Virus record (IMG/VR): IMGVR_UViG_3300037424_000100
Coordinates: 1 to 31,957 of that record
Source: a virus
Lineage: Duplodnaviria > Caudoviricetes
DNA: 31,957 nucleotides
Direction: 5' to 3' (one strand)
A program made the translations under genes and the position numbers. Of the stretch, positions 1-8,403 are shown piece after piece (the first letter of the stretch is position 1; each line of letters starts with the position of its first letter). The notes under the pieces are model-generated. The model had not been told where the DNA came from. It saw only the letters and a list, made by a program, of their open reading frames with translations, and did no database searches.

Positions 1-728
1 AACTCGTCGTCCGCACCTCCGTACACCATCCTCTTCATGAGAGCATGAGCTACCTTGTGCTTCTGCTCGGCATAGTGCGCGTCTTGCGTAACGACAACAG
101 GCAGACCTAGTTTTGTGGCAATTCCATAGAGACTTTCGCAGATAGAACTGTCGGTGTAGCCACCACTAGTGTCCCCATGATCGATGTTATGGTTTTGAAG
201 TTCAACGTATAGGTGTGGGAAGAGGGCCGCGTATGTCTTGACCACGTCGAGAGCAGCCTTTGTTCCTTCGGTGACAAGTTTCTGCTGGACGAGTCCAAAA
301 TAACATCCTGTCGTAATAGCTACATGATCGCGTGCCTCGGAGGAAAGTATTGCTAAGTCCTCGAAATCTATCCGAGGGAACCTACTGAATTGTGGCCGTG
401 TGTAAGACTTCGATACCATCTTTATCAGCGATTGATATCCTCGAAAGTCAAGTGCCACAATCCCAAGGTGAAACCGCTTAGCTTTGCTATCCCAGTTTCC
501 TCCGTGATCTGGGAGTAGATACGCCTCGACACCTGGTACGGGTAAAATCCCTGCAACATGGCATGCTTTATAAAGTTGCACGGTACCAGACATATTTCCG
601 TGGTCAGTAATTGCAAGGGCTGGTTGTCCATATCGAGCAGCCTTTTCTACCAGGTACTTGACCGAACTCATTCCGTCGAGCACACTCATCTCGCTATGAG
701 TGTGAACATGAAAAAAAGAGCCACTCAT
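1..728 (-). CDS. dnaE: DNA polymerase III alpha subunit, N-terminal PHP domain (runs off the left edge)
   Basis: Manual translation from ATG 728: MSGSFFHVHTHSEMSVLDGMSSVKYLVEKAARYGQPALAITDHGNMSGTVQLYKACHVAGILPVPGVEAY. It has the HxHTHS..S.LDG, AITDHG and G.EAY motifs of the DnaE PHP domain. Missing from the ORF track because it has no stop in the window. Confidence 0.95.
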   Translation of the reverse strand, partial: MSGSFFHVHTHSEMSVLDGMSSVKYLVEKAARYGQPALAITDHGNMSGTVQLYKACHVAGILPVPGVEAYLLPDHGGNWDSKAKRFHLGIVALDFRGYQSLIKMVSKSYTRPQFSRFPRIDFEDLAILSSEARDHVAITTGCYFGLVQQKLVTEGTKAALDVVKTYAALFPHLYVELQNHNIDHGDTSGGYTDSSICESLYGIATKLGLPVVVTQDAHYAEQKHKVAHALMKRMVYGGADDE

Positions 729-796
729 CCGCACACCTCGCCAAATAATAGTGCGCGTGATTGAGGTATGTTATCGCGCCCCACCTTGTCGTCGTA

Positions 797-1363
797 TTAG
801 GCCAGAGCAGACAGCGCTATTACAACCGATCCTGCATCGTGGTACGAAACACCGAAGAACTCTGAGACGTTATGCATCTGTTGCTGAGTGTCTGGGCCGA
901 AGACCCCGTCCACATTTAGACGGTGCTCACCTGTGATGTCGTTAACGGCTCGCTGGATGTCAGCTATGTAGTTGTCCGCAGAGCCCTGTACTAGGGCAGG
1001 CTCCTCGTGAGCAGGAGCAATATACGTAGGTCCGGACGACGTACCGAGGTCAGAGCACAGGTCTGCCCAAGTGCTCGGCATGATCTGGTAGTAACCAGCC
1101 GCACCCGACGACGCGTTAATTGCCGTGTCACTGTTACCGGACTCAGCCATCATGTCATCAAGCGAGCCAGACCATGCAGTCCAGGCTCCCGGCCCCTGTG
1201 CCGCCAAGATACGCTCGGCACAAGCACGCTGGACAGAGTGAGGCTGACTAGTAATCTGAGTCGACGTAACAGCACTAGCAGGCGAGGCGATAACCAGACT
1301 AGCAACTCCCGCAACTAGAGTTGCCGCACCGAGTACCGCCGTCTTCTTAATATGGCTTGCCAT
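797..1363 (-). CDS. Secreted Rpf/SceD-like lytic transglycosylase (permuted domain order) with C-terminal peptidoglycan-binding domain
   Basis: Signal peptide ending ASA (aa 1-31); motifs AERILAAQGPGAW and ESG...SSGAAGYYQIMPSTW; PG_binding_1-like IADIQRAV...VDGVFGPDT. Confidence 0.85.
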   Translation of the reverse strand: MASHIKKTAVLGAATLVAGVASLVIASPASAVTSTQITSQPHSVQRACAERILAAQGPGAWTAWSGSLDDMMAESGNSDTAINASSGAAGYYQIMPSTWADLCSDLGTSSGPTYIAPAHEEPALVQGSADNYIADIQRAVNDITGEHRLNVDGVFGPDTQQQMHNVSEFFGVSYHDAGSVVIALSALA

Positions 1364-1442
1364 TATCTACCTTCCGTAGAAAACAATTGTCTACCGCAGA
1401 TTTAGATACCTATCCCGCCTTATCGCATATCGACTACAAAGT

Positions 1443-1507
1443 GTGCGTTGTTTTGAACTTCACATCCGAGGGATCTTTTTAAGTTCCGGCAGTAGCGCAC
1501 CCCTGCC
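1443..1507 (-). ncRNA. Putative pseudoknot RNA motif, copy A
   Basis: GGCAG-GGGUGCGCUA-CUGCC hairpin, second stem GAACUU/AAGUUC, then AAAACAACGCAC complementary to the loop GUGCG. The same motif occurs twice at 10299-10460. Confidence 0.6.
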
Positions 1508-1517
1508 ACGTTTTTAG

Positions 1518-1619
1518 TCACCAAATACTGTAGTGGTCCAGCACCTGGAAGAGAGCGTAGGACACGTACACCACAAAGGTTGTGCCGGATGCTCCGAAGA
1601 AGACATCAGGCCAACTCAC
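1518..1619 (-). CDS. Small hydrophobic protein (33 aa)
   Basis: AGGAG SD then GTG; MSWPDVFFGASGTTFVVYVSYALFQVLDHYSIW, possibly one TM helix. Below the ORF-track cutoff. Confidence 0.55.
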   Translation of the reverse strand: MSWPDVFFGASGTTFVVYVSYALFQVLDHYSIW

Positions 1620-1638
1620 GTAATCTCCTACGGGTAGT

Positions 1639-1666
1639 CGTAAGCGTAGGGCCATTTACGCTTACG
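1639..1666. other. 10-bp stem-loop after the acidic-protein gene (terminator or processing site)
   Basis: CGTAAGCGTA/TACGCTTACG inverted repeat 6 nt after the stop; no U-tract on the minus strand. Confidence 0.45.
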
Positions 1667-1672
1667 CGATTT

Positions 1673-2296
1673 TCATTCGTCTTCGTCCCCAGCCTCACCG
1701 ACAAGACGCTCGGCGATCTTACGCCGGTTGGAAGCCTTGGGAACACGCTCTTCCTTGGAAACAGTGATTCCGTTTTCCTTGGCAAAAGCTAGAAGGTCCT
1801 TGAATGGGAACTTCTCTTTGTCCAGAAGATCCTCGAAGGAAACATCTCCGTCGTCGTCTTCGTCTTCCGTTTCGTCGTCGTCGTCTTCGTCGTCTGCCGA
1901 GTCCTCGACATCCGGCGTGTCGTCGTCAGTGTCGTCGTCGTCAGTAGTGTCGGCGTCTTCCGGAGCTTCGTCCCGGATCTTCTTTTTCTTTTCCAGCCAG
2001 TCAAAGATCTCTGGCTTCTTACCGATACCACTCTCCGCCTTGGCCACAAATCCAAGGTTCTTGGCAAGCTGACGAAGTTCCTTCAGTGGCATTGCGTCCA
2101 GTTCAGCGCGAGACCATGTATTCTTACCGCTACTAACCGGCGTGTCGTCATCATCGTCATCATCGTCGTCAACATCAGGCGCGTGCCCATTGCTGTTAGC
2201 CCCGACAAGGTCAGCGACCTTGTCTTCCACCCACCCACGAAGAGCAGTTAATAACTGAATATCTGCTGACTCAATATCAACTTTCGGCATGACCAT
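1673..2296 (-). CDS. Highly acidic protein with two Rho-N/HeH-like helical modules
   Basis: Poly-Asp/Glu tracts flank ELDAMPLKELRQLAKNLGF..KKPEIFDWL and FPFKDLLAFAKENGI..RRKIAERL. Confidence 0.75.
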   Translation of the reverse strand: MVMPKVDIESADIQLLTALRGWVEDKVADLVGANSNGHAPDVDDDDDDDDDTPVSSGKNTWSRAELDAMPLKELRQLAKNLGFVAKAESGIGKKPEIFDWLEKKKKIRDEAPEDADTTDDDDTDDDTPDVEDSADDEDDDDETEDEDDDGDVSFEDLLDKEKFPFKDLLAFAKENGITVSKEERVPKASNRRKIAERLVGEAGDEDE

Positions 2297-2299
2297 CCC

Positions 2300-2995
2300 T
2301 TATCGAGTTACGCGACGAATTTTTCTCTTAGCCGGACGTTCGTCCTCTTCCTCATCTTCCTCATCTTCGTCATCTTCTACCAACATCTTACGGACACTAC
2401 CACTCTTCACGTGCCCGTTGGACTTAGACGTCGGTGGTAGTTCCTCTTCCTCTTCCTCTCCATCCTGTGCCGACGGTAACTGTGCCGCTAACATCTTCAG
2501 GCAATGGTCTGCCCACGACTCAGCACCGTCCGGCACCGGGAAACGAGAGAACTTCACACGTGAGGGCTGGGACGGGAGAGTATCATACTCCGTGTCGTTC
2601 TTTCCAGAACCCGTGCGTGCCACTTCGTAGTCACGATCCTGAATTGTGCCGTACTTCTCATAGCTGCGGTAGAGAGTGCTCACGACGGATTTGGGAAGCT
2701 TGAAATAAACCACCGCGCCCTCTTCTACGTTAATAGCTGCTGCTAAATAACGCTTCGAGCCTCGCGTCCCGTCGTTGCATCCGGGGCAGTCATCCGAGCA
2801 AGGGAAGTACTTGTAGGTGTCATTGTAGTGTTCGGTGTACTCAATCCAATCCTCCGGTTCGGTTAAAAACCGTAGGTTAATAATCTCGTTGTCACGAATA
2901 GTTGTTACCCAAGAATCACCACCTTTTTTAGCCGCGTTCTTCAAACGTCCTTTGGTTTCTATCCTTCTAGCTTTAAGAGCCACTAGCGAACCCAC
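2300..2995 (-). CDS. T4 gp32-like single-stranded DNA-binding protein
   Basis: LRFL...H..CxxxCPGC zinc site, RDYEVARTGSGKNDTEY motif, acidic C-terminal tail. The true start may be GTG at 2983, after GGAGG. Confidence 0.75.
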   Translation of the reverse strand: MGSLVALKARRIETKGRLKNAAKKGGDSWVTTIRDNEIINLRFLTEPEDWIEYTEHYNDTYKYFPCSDDCPGCNDGTRGSKRYLAAAINVEEGAVVYFKLPKSVVSTLYRSYEKYGTIQDRDYEVARTGSGKNDTEYDTLPSQPSRVKFSRFPVPDGAESWADHCLKMLAAQLPSAQDGEEEEEELPPTSKSNGHVKSGSVRKMLVEDDEDEEDEEEDERPAKRKIRRVTR

Positions 2996-3170
2996 CTCCG
3001 TACGGTTGGCTGAGTTGTATATTTATATCACGTCTCAGCCCTTCGAGTACAGAAGTTAGTATCCGCCCCTCTTGAATCAAAGACTCTAACTCAGAGATTA
3101 GGCTCTGCGCTTCATCTGCCGAAAAATAAAACTGTATACCTAATAATTGTATTACCGGGGTAGAGTTCAT
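2973..3170 (-). CDS. Hypothetical protein
   Basis: Fits the tightly packed leftward operon; AGAGAG upstream of the ATG. Confidence 0.55.
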   Translation of the reverse strand: MNSTPVIQLLGIQFYFSADEAQSLISELESLIQEGRILTSVLEGLRRDINIQLSQPYGGGFASGS

Positions 3171-3203
3171 AATCTCTCTATCTATAGTTTGATTCGCGGC
3201 GCA

Positions 3204-3698
3204 TTAAAGCTCTAGTTTCTTTGCAGTGTACAGATGCCCGTCGATCTTGACGAGGTACCCACCGACTATACTGGTGACAATCATGATCCCGTCAGTGTCA
3301 TGATCCATAGTGTTATATTTCTTCTCTGGATTTTCCGGCAAAACCTTAAGGCTGGGTAGTGACACTGGTACGTAGGGAACGGGGTCGTCCAGAGGCTCGG
3401 CAGCTTCCAATTCGTCCCTACCGAACCACCTGTAGGTACCTCTCCTGCGCTTGTCCTTCTCTAGCAGGCCGTCCGTACGGTACGCACCTGCATACCACCG
3501 TGACAAAGTGTTGGTGAGTTGATTTATCTCAAGCTTGTACCCCTTGGCAGTATAGATGTCGTGCATGAGAGCACGAGAGTCTACCCACTTCCCCGTGTAG
3601 TGCTCGACTACATAGTTGACGATGTAGTCGCCGATGCTCCAACCAGTTTCTTCTTTTATCTGTCGAGTGACATCTTTGTACCCGTGCATCGACACCAT
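3204..3698 (-). CDS. Hypothetical protein, possible winged-helix DNA-binding domain
   Basis: 164 aa; pattern QLTNTLSRW...LLEKDKRRRGTYRW resembles a recognition helix plus wing. Confidence 0.65.
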   Translation of the reverse strand: MVSMHGYKDVTRQIKEETGWSIGDYIVNYVVEHYTGKWVDSRALMHDIYTAKGYKLEINQLTNTLSRWYAGAYRTDGLLEKDKRRRGTYRWFGRDELEAAEPLDDPVPYVPVSLPSLKVLPENPEKKYNTMDHDTDGIMIVTSIVGGYLVKIDGHLYTAKKLEL

Positions 3699-3701
3699 TA
3701 T

Positions 3702-4007
3702 CTACCTATCCCCAAAGAATGTTATCTTGATTTCTCCCCATAGCCCGTCAGCCCTGCGTAGTACTCGTTGTCCGTACGTCTCTTTGTACTTAGCGAGGTG
3801 CGCTTCCTTCCATGCCTCTGCCTCGCTAAGGTTAGTGAAAACGTACTTACCGAACAACGTATCGTAGCAGTCGCCGTGTATACAACACGGAATATATTTG
3901 TATTTGTAGGGTACTATCTCCCCGGCCTGATGAGTCTCCGTATCTGTCTTGTACCTAAGTGGTATCTTTGAAATATTAACTTCATGTTTCTTTTTTCTTC
4001 TGATCAT
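3702..4007 (-). CDS. Hypothetical protein
   Basis: GGAGA SD upstream; fits operon packing. Confidence 0.65.
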   Translation of the reverse strand: MIRRKKKHEVNISKIPLRYKTDTETHQAGEIVPYKYKYIPCCIHGDCYDTLFGKYVFTNLSEAEAWKEAHLAKYKETYGQRVLRRADGLWGEIKITFFGDR

Positions 4008-4025
4008 ATGTCTTCCTCCGAAAAA

Positions 4026-4235
4026 TCAATCAGTATACATGTGCCCGCAAGCCGTGCACGTGATCGGCTGAGTATCTACCACAGGATTACCACGATGTCG
4101 AGCTGTGCCAGAGCAGAAAAACAACCAGCGGCGCTCGTTGTCAAACCACCATTGGACATGCACTATTCCTGGCCCTCGCCTGCTTGGCAGTTCTTGGAAC
4201 CGACGCCACCGCGTACCCTTACGTGTGTAGGTCAT
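4026..4235 (-). CDS. Hypothetical protein with CxxC (possible zinc finger)
   Basis: Start chosen at ATG 4235, which overlaps the upstream stop (TGATG); C-terminal CTACGH. Confidence 0.6.
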   Translation of the reverse strand: MTYTRKGTRWRRFQELPSRRGPGIVHVQWWFDNERRWLFFCSGTARHRGNPVVDTQPITCTACGHMYTD

Positions 4236-4516
4236 CAATGATTCTTTTCGTAATAATGTCGCATCTCTCTTTGTACCTCGCGAAAGTCGTGCACTACCTT
4301 GACCCACTTAGCCCATACTTCAGCCGGGATATCATAAAACTCGTTGGTTCTCGTCGTATAGCGCGGGAACCTACGCGCAACAAATAGTGGCCAGGCACTA
4401 GTCCGGCGTAAAGAAACATAAATGGTGTCGTCTACGCCGGCCTGAACATGTTCTTTTTCAAGATGCAGTGGAGATTCTCCTGTAGAACTGCGTACTCCGC
4501 TTGTACGTCCAGCCAT
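4235..4516 (-). CDS. Hypothetical protein, small paralog family member (start uncertain)
   Basis: W-x5-(D/E)(F/Y)-x2-(V/L)Q helix shared with 4432-4698 and 10573-10785. Confidence 0.6.
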   Translation of the reverse strand: MAGRTSGVRSSTGESPLHLEKEHVQAGVDDTIYVSLRRTSAWPLFVARRFPRYTTRTNEFYDIPAEVWAKWVKVVHDFREVQREMRHYYEKNH

Positions 4517-4698
4517 ATATCTAATTCTTCCTGTGTCATCTTAAACGGAACAGCATTATCGGCCGCAACTAGGTTCGGCCTCTTCTCACCGGCCATGAAC
4601 CGAGGGGGACCGTGCTTGCCATTCGCGTACCACACCCACACTGTGATCTTAGAAACTCTCTTCCGCTTTAGCTTCTCTGTATCCCTGTTCGCAACCAC
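4432..4698 (-). CDS. Hypothetical protein, small paralog family member
   Basis: IWLDVQAEYAVLQENL matches the family pattern. Confidence 0.6.
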   Translation of the reverse strand: MVANRDTEKLKRKRVSKITVWVWYANGKHGPPRFMAGEKRPNLVAADNAVPFKMTQEELDIWLDVQAEYAVLQENLHCILKKNMFRPA

Positions 4699-5041
4699 GA
4701 TTAAACAAATCCTTCTTGTCCTGGTCAGTCAGTGGATACTCTTCCCGCAAAACAGAATAGGGCTCAATAGGATACAGATGTTTGCCTACAGGATGCTGCG
4801 CATTGCCCTGCACGACAATCCCCTGACCTTGACGGAGAGAACACTCCCGCTCTCGGAAGGTATCATAAATAACAACCAGCACACCGTCTCGAAGACGATA
4901 TAGATGCCCTTCGCGAAATCTCAAAAAATCTTTGGCAAGGTTAGGGAGTTGAACCTTACTGCTCGGCGTCCAGTATGGCGTCGTCACTAGCCACCTCCGT
5001 ACGGAAGTAAGGTTTACGTGGCACGTACTTAATGCACGCAC
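4649..5041 (-). CDS. Hypothetical protein (true start probably downstream of 4956)
   Basis: The C-terminal ~95 aa look protein-like (GHLYRLRDGVLVVI); the N-terminal part overlaps the upstream gene. Confidence 0.55.
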   Translation of the reverse strand: MRALSTCHVNLTSVRRWLVTTPYWTPSSKVQLPNLAKDFLRFREGHLYRLRDGVLVVIYDTFRERECSLRQGQGIVVQGNAQHPVGKHLYPIEPYSVLREEYPLTDQDKKDLFNRGCEQGYREAKAEESF

Positions 5042-5357
5042 TCACCACCTTCTGTGATATATTACCACGCACAATCTCTGTTTCCAACTTCTTCTGGTCC
5101 ACCGCGCAAGACGTGATCGACAACCAGACTTTGTCACTAACTGACTCCCGCAACAACTTGTAATTAATTTCCAAGTTCGGCTTCGGGTCTATCCTATTCA
5201 CAGAAATTCGTATTGTAGTGTCATCTGTGACGAACCGTTGCTCGATGTCAGTGAGTTCTGACAATTCCTCTTGAGACTTACTAGCTAAGTCACTACACCT
5301 GCTGGCCATCTTGCGCATGTAATGTATGCGGCGACCAAGCATGTCACGGCGACTCAT
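4956..5357 (-). CDS. Hypothetical phage protein
   Basis: 133 aa, start abuts the upstream gene; VDQKKLETEIVRGNI motif. Confidence 0.7.
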   Translation of the reverse strand: MSRRDMLGRRIHYMRKMASRCSDLASKSQEELSELTDIEQRFVTDDTTIRISVNRIDPKPNLEINYKLLRESVSDKVWLSITSCAVDQKKLETEIVRGNISQKVVSACIKYVPRKPYFRTEVASDDAILDAEQ

Positions 5358-5569
5358 TTATATGTCACCCTGAGGACCTTCTTCCCGTCGACATGCATAA
5401 TCCTGGTGTAAAAAACCACCGGGCCTTTGTCAGGAGCACCGGTGCATACAGCACGACGTTTGTGCAGCGCATCTAGTAGGACTTCAAGGAAGGGGTCAAG
5501 ATCACCGCAGTATATAGACGTAACAATATCATGAGCTGTGATAATTATATCGTCTAGTTTGGTTGTCAC
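5354..5569 (-). CDS. Hypothetical protein
   Basis: GTGA overlap with the stop of the VWA gene. Confidence 0.6.
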   Translation of the reverse strand: MTTKLDDIIITAHDIVTSIYCGDLDPFLEVLLDALHKRRAVCTGAPDKGPVVFYTRIMHVDGKKVLRVTYK

Positions 5570-7293
5570 CGACGGGCACCTCTTTTCATGACGTCAGCAA
5601 CCAGATTATTGACCGCCGAGTCCAGCTCGCTGACGGTGAGAACAGAACGTGCCGACTGACAACCATGAGAATCGGGAGAGATAGTGCCGCGCTGGTAATT
5701 CAAATAGAACAGCGCGGTGGTAGCCCCCTTCCCTATACGTTCTATTCTCTGGTTGCTCTTTGTGGCTGGGCATTCATAATACCCCTTTCGCCGTCCACTA
5801 CCGTCGACCCCGTGGCAATTGCACCACGAACCGTCGGTCACGACTATAAGGATTTTGTTCGGCCTGTCACTGGTGGCCAAGAGTGTGTGTGCCGCCACAA
5901 GAGAGTCGATAGGTACGGTACCACCGTTCGCCCTGCAAAGCTGGTAGCGGTTCCTCTCTGCCTTGCTGTTGCCGTACAGAAGAAACGAAGAGGAATGGAA
6001 TCCAAAGCACGTCGCGTGCCCGCCCACTGACTCGACTGACCTCTTCAGAGACCACATCACCAACGATGCTTTTGTTATCGTGTCCCCCATACTGCCCGAA
6101 CAGTCCATACAAATAGCTAGCTCGACTGCGGTGTCATCTGTCTGATCTTCCGCCCAGCTGTCAAAAGCTTCAGTTGGATCACAGCCGCTAGCAATCCTCC
6201 CAGAATTGAGTCTCCCGCTCGACGTCCTTGTTTCCCAGCCCGGATCTTTGTCTGCACAGATCCGCTCGAACCGACGCGAGTTCTTGCGGGTGACGCCCAT
6301 CCATTCTACCGGCACAGACATTTTAGCTATGTCCGCTGGTGGCTTTAGCAGATGTTCTGTGCTCACCCCCTTAGACATTACCTTCTGGTATTTAGTAACA
6401 TCTTTTTGCAATTCGACTACGCCGTCAACGACAATACCAGTCAGAGTCTCGACGATTGCAGCGTCTATCTCGACGACTTTAGCATCTTTTCTCTGAGGGA
6501 TATCGTTCGAATCTAGCTGATTTGCTGCTGCTACCACAGCACAGGTAGAGCCACCAATCTGCGCCCTGTTCTCGTCAGATAGCAACCCCGCCATTCCTCT
6601 GATGAGTTCAATTGCTCTATTTACTGTCTTCTTACTGTAGGAATGTTCACTGACCCCAGTGAGAGGCAGTTGAACATACTCGTCGATAATTCTTTGCGCT
6701 GCCTGTGCCTTTATTTTTAGCTCGTTCCTCTTCCCTCTAGGTATCGACGCGTCTTTGATAGTCATCCCACCAGCCAGGCATCTCCTTGCGATGTCAATAC
6801 GTAGTTGTACCGGTAGGTAATCCCGACCGTGGGTGAGAACGTATAGAATAAATAGACCTAGCTGATCTTTCTTGTCCAAGATGTACTTGGCAATCATTCT
6901 ATTGAAGTAAGCCCCCGCTATCGGATAGTCGGCAACAAACTCACGCTCGATGCGCTGGTCCTCTAGCAAGTTGTAGGCATCCTGGTGGTGTTCTGGAATA
7001 CGTTTACCTATCACCAACGGTGTCTTGGTCACATGACACAACTCGTGGTAGTTCACTGCGGTAACAGCAATAATAGAGTCAAGATCTCTAGGAGAGCCGA
7101 GTCTTTTTGTATTCAGGAACACAGAATTTGTATCCAAGATCGTCCATGCTGGCGCAAAATTAGGCGAATCCATTGCTAGGATTACTTGCACGTACTTGCC
7201 TGAAATAATTCGGTCAACGTTCTGGTACAAGTGGGCTAGGTTTCCCCAGAGTAGCTCCTGTTTCTCTTTGTCAGAAAGAGCGAAATCATTCAC
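5566..7293 (-). CDS. VWA-domain protein (CobT-like MoxR partner) with N-terminal HExxH metallopeptidase-like motif
   Basis: MIDAS motif DCSGSM, GGT and VVTDG; SGRLN motif; NYHELCH and YNLLEDQRIE at the N-terminus. Confidence 0.88.
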   Translation of the reverse strand: MNDFALSDKEKQELLWGNLAHLYQNVDRIISGKYVQVILAMDSPNFAPAWTILDTNSVFLNTKRLGSPRDLDSIIAVTAVNYHELCHVTKTPLVIGKRIPEHHQDAYNLLEDQRIEREFVADYPIAGAYFNRMIAKYILDKKDQLGLFILYVLTHGRDYLPVQLRIDIARRCLAGGMTIKDASIPRGKRNELKIKAQAAQRIIDEYVQLPLTGVSEHSYSKKTVNRAIELIRGMAGLLSDENRAQIGGSTCAVVAAANQLDSNDIPQRKDAKVVEIDAAIVETLTGIVVDGVVELQKDVTKYQKVMSKGVSTEHLLKPPADIAKMSVPVEWMGVTRKNSRRFERICADKDPGWETRTSSGRLNSGRIASGCDPTEAFDSWAEDQTDDTAVELAICMDCSGSMGDTITKASLVMWSLKRSVESVGGHATCFGFHSSSFLLYGNSKAERNRYQLCRANGGTVPIDSLVAAHTLLATSDRPNKILIVVTDGSWCNCHGVDGSGRRKGYYECPATKSNQRIERIGKGATTALFYLNYQRGTISPDSHGCQSARSVLTVSELDSAVNNLVADVMKRGARR

Positions 7294-8297
7294 TTGACTA
7301 CCCCCGACTTCCTGAGTTTCATGTACTCTTCAACCGGCAGAGTGTCTGTGTTGACACCAATATCACTGAGATTGACCCGCTGATTTTTTACTGACTCTTC
7401 CAACAACTGGTCTGGGTCTAGGTCATTCGAGTCAGTAGAAACACCATACTCTCTTTCTATGTTAATCTTCTCTAGGACGAACACCGAGTTCACAGCTTCT
7501 CTGTACTCGGCAGTGAACATGTGCTTAAAATTATTGATGGCGAATTGGACACTAAAGTCATTGGCCAACTTCTCGAATTCCATGAGTGAGTTGGTGGATA
7601 CCGGGGTGTTATGCTCGCCCCTAATGTACTGTGTCCGCAGTTGCTGAGCTGCCCGTAGCAGGGACGCCGACTTGACTAGCTTGACCTCGATAGCGGGATC
7701 GTAGTCGAACACCATCCGGATCGGAAAACGATTTAACAAAGCCTCGTTGAGTTGCCGCGTGCCCGTGTAATCAGGGTTCATGTCCGCGACAATCAACAGG
7801 TTCCCGGCCTCAAGGACTTCACCCCGGTTGTCTACAAGCGAGATCGAACGCCGCTTGTCGAGCAGTGAGAACAACACAGTCGCGATCTTGGCGAGCATAA
7901 AGTTGATCTCGTTGACCAGCAAAAAACACGGGCGCTTCTGACTCATTCTCATGAGCGCGGTAAGGCCACCATCCTGGAATTGCCAGATGCCTGCCTCACT
8001 CTGCACCATGCGACCGAAAATCTGAGAGGGTTCTGCACCCGCGTTGCTCTGGATGGCGTAGAACGGCATGTCGTGAAGCGCGGCGAACGCAAGACATGCC
8101 GATGTCTTACCAGGGCCGGTAGGTCCTTCAATCAGCACATTCATACGATTGGCAAGCGCGTACCTGAACACGTCGAACTCGCTGACACCCTTGTCGATCT
8201 CACGAGAGATGTACTCGTCGTAATACTTACGCGGTGGTATCAGAGTCTCAGGGGAGTCCAGCCTACCGACGGTCATCGCTTTAAAGTTCCTTCCCAT
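7290..8297 (-). CDS. MoxR-family (CobS/CbbQ-like) AAA+ ATPase
   Basis: Walker A GPTGPGKT, FQDGGL, Walker B variant LLVNEIN, MNPDYTGTRQLNEALLNRF; coupled to the VWA gene by an ATGA overlap. Confidence 0.92.
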   Translation of the reverse strand: MGRNFKAMTVGRLDSPETLIPPRKYYDEYISREIDKGVSEFDVFRYALANRMNVLIEGPTGPGKTSACLAFAALHDMPFYAIQSNAGAEPSQIFGRMVQSEAGIWQFQDGGLTALMRMSQKRPCFLLVNEINFMLAKIATVLFSLLDKRRSISLVDNRGEVLEAGNLLIVADMNPDYTGTRQLNEALLNRFPIRMVFDYDPAIEVKLVKSASLLRAAQQLRTQYIRGEHNTPVSTNSLMEFEKLANDFSVQFAINNFKHMFTAEYREAVNSVFVLEKINIEREYGVSTDSNDLDPDQLLEESVKNQRVNLSDIGVNTDTLPVEEYMKLRKSGVVK

Positions 8298-8325
8298 GTC
8301 TGCCCCTCTATCTACATAAAATTAA

Positions 8326-8401
8326 AGTGCCTAGCTACCTACGCCGTCACGAGAGTTCAACGGGAACAGGGTTGTTGTTTTAGTTTTGATAACTAGGCAC
8401 T
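8326..8401 (-). ncRNA. Structured RNA element directly 3' of tRNA-like RNA A
   Basis: 12-bp closing stem AGUGCCUAGUUA/UAGCUAGGCACU (G:U on minus) enclosing an A/C-rich strand AAAACUAAAACAACAACC. Confidence 0.5.
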
Positions 8402-8403
8402 AG

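Noticed and set aside
1364-1517. c-di-AMP (ydaO) riboswitch, expected upstream of actinobacterial rpf genes
   Set aside because: The conserved GCUGAAUCC and CCCGUCAGCUAAC segments are absent. A GAACCC..GTCAGCTA look-alike near 10331-10348 is on the opposite strand and incomplete.
1840-2460. TCG/TCA/TCT trinucleotide-like repeats
   Set aside because: Simply encode the Asp/Glu tracts of two acidic proteins.
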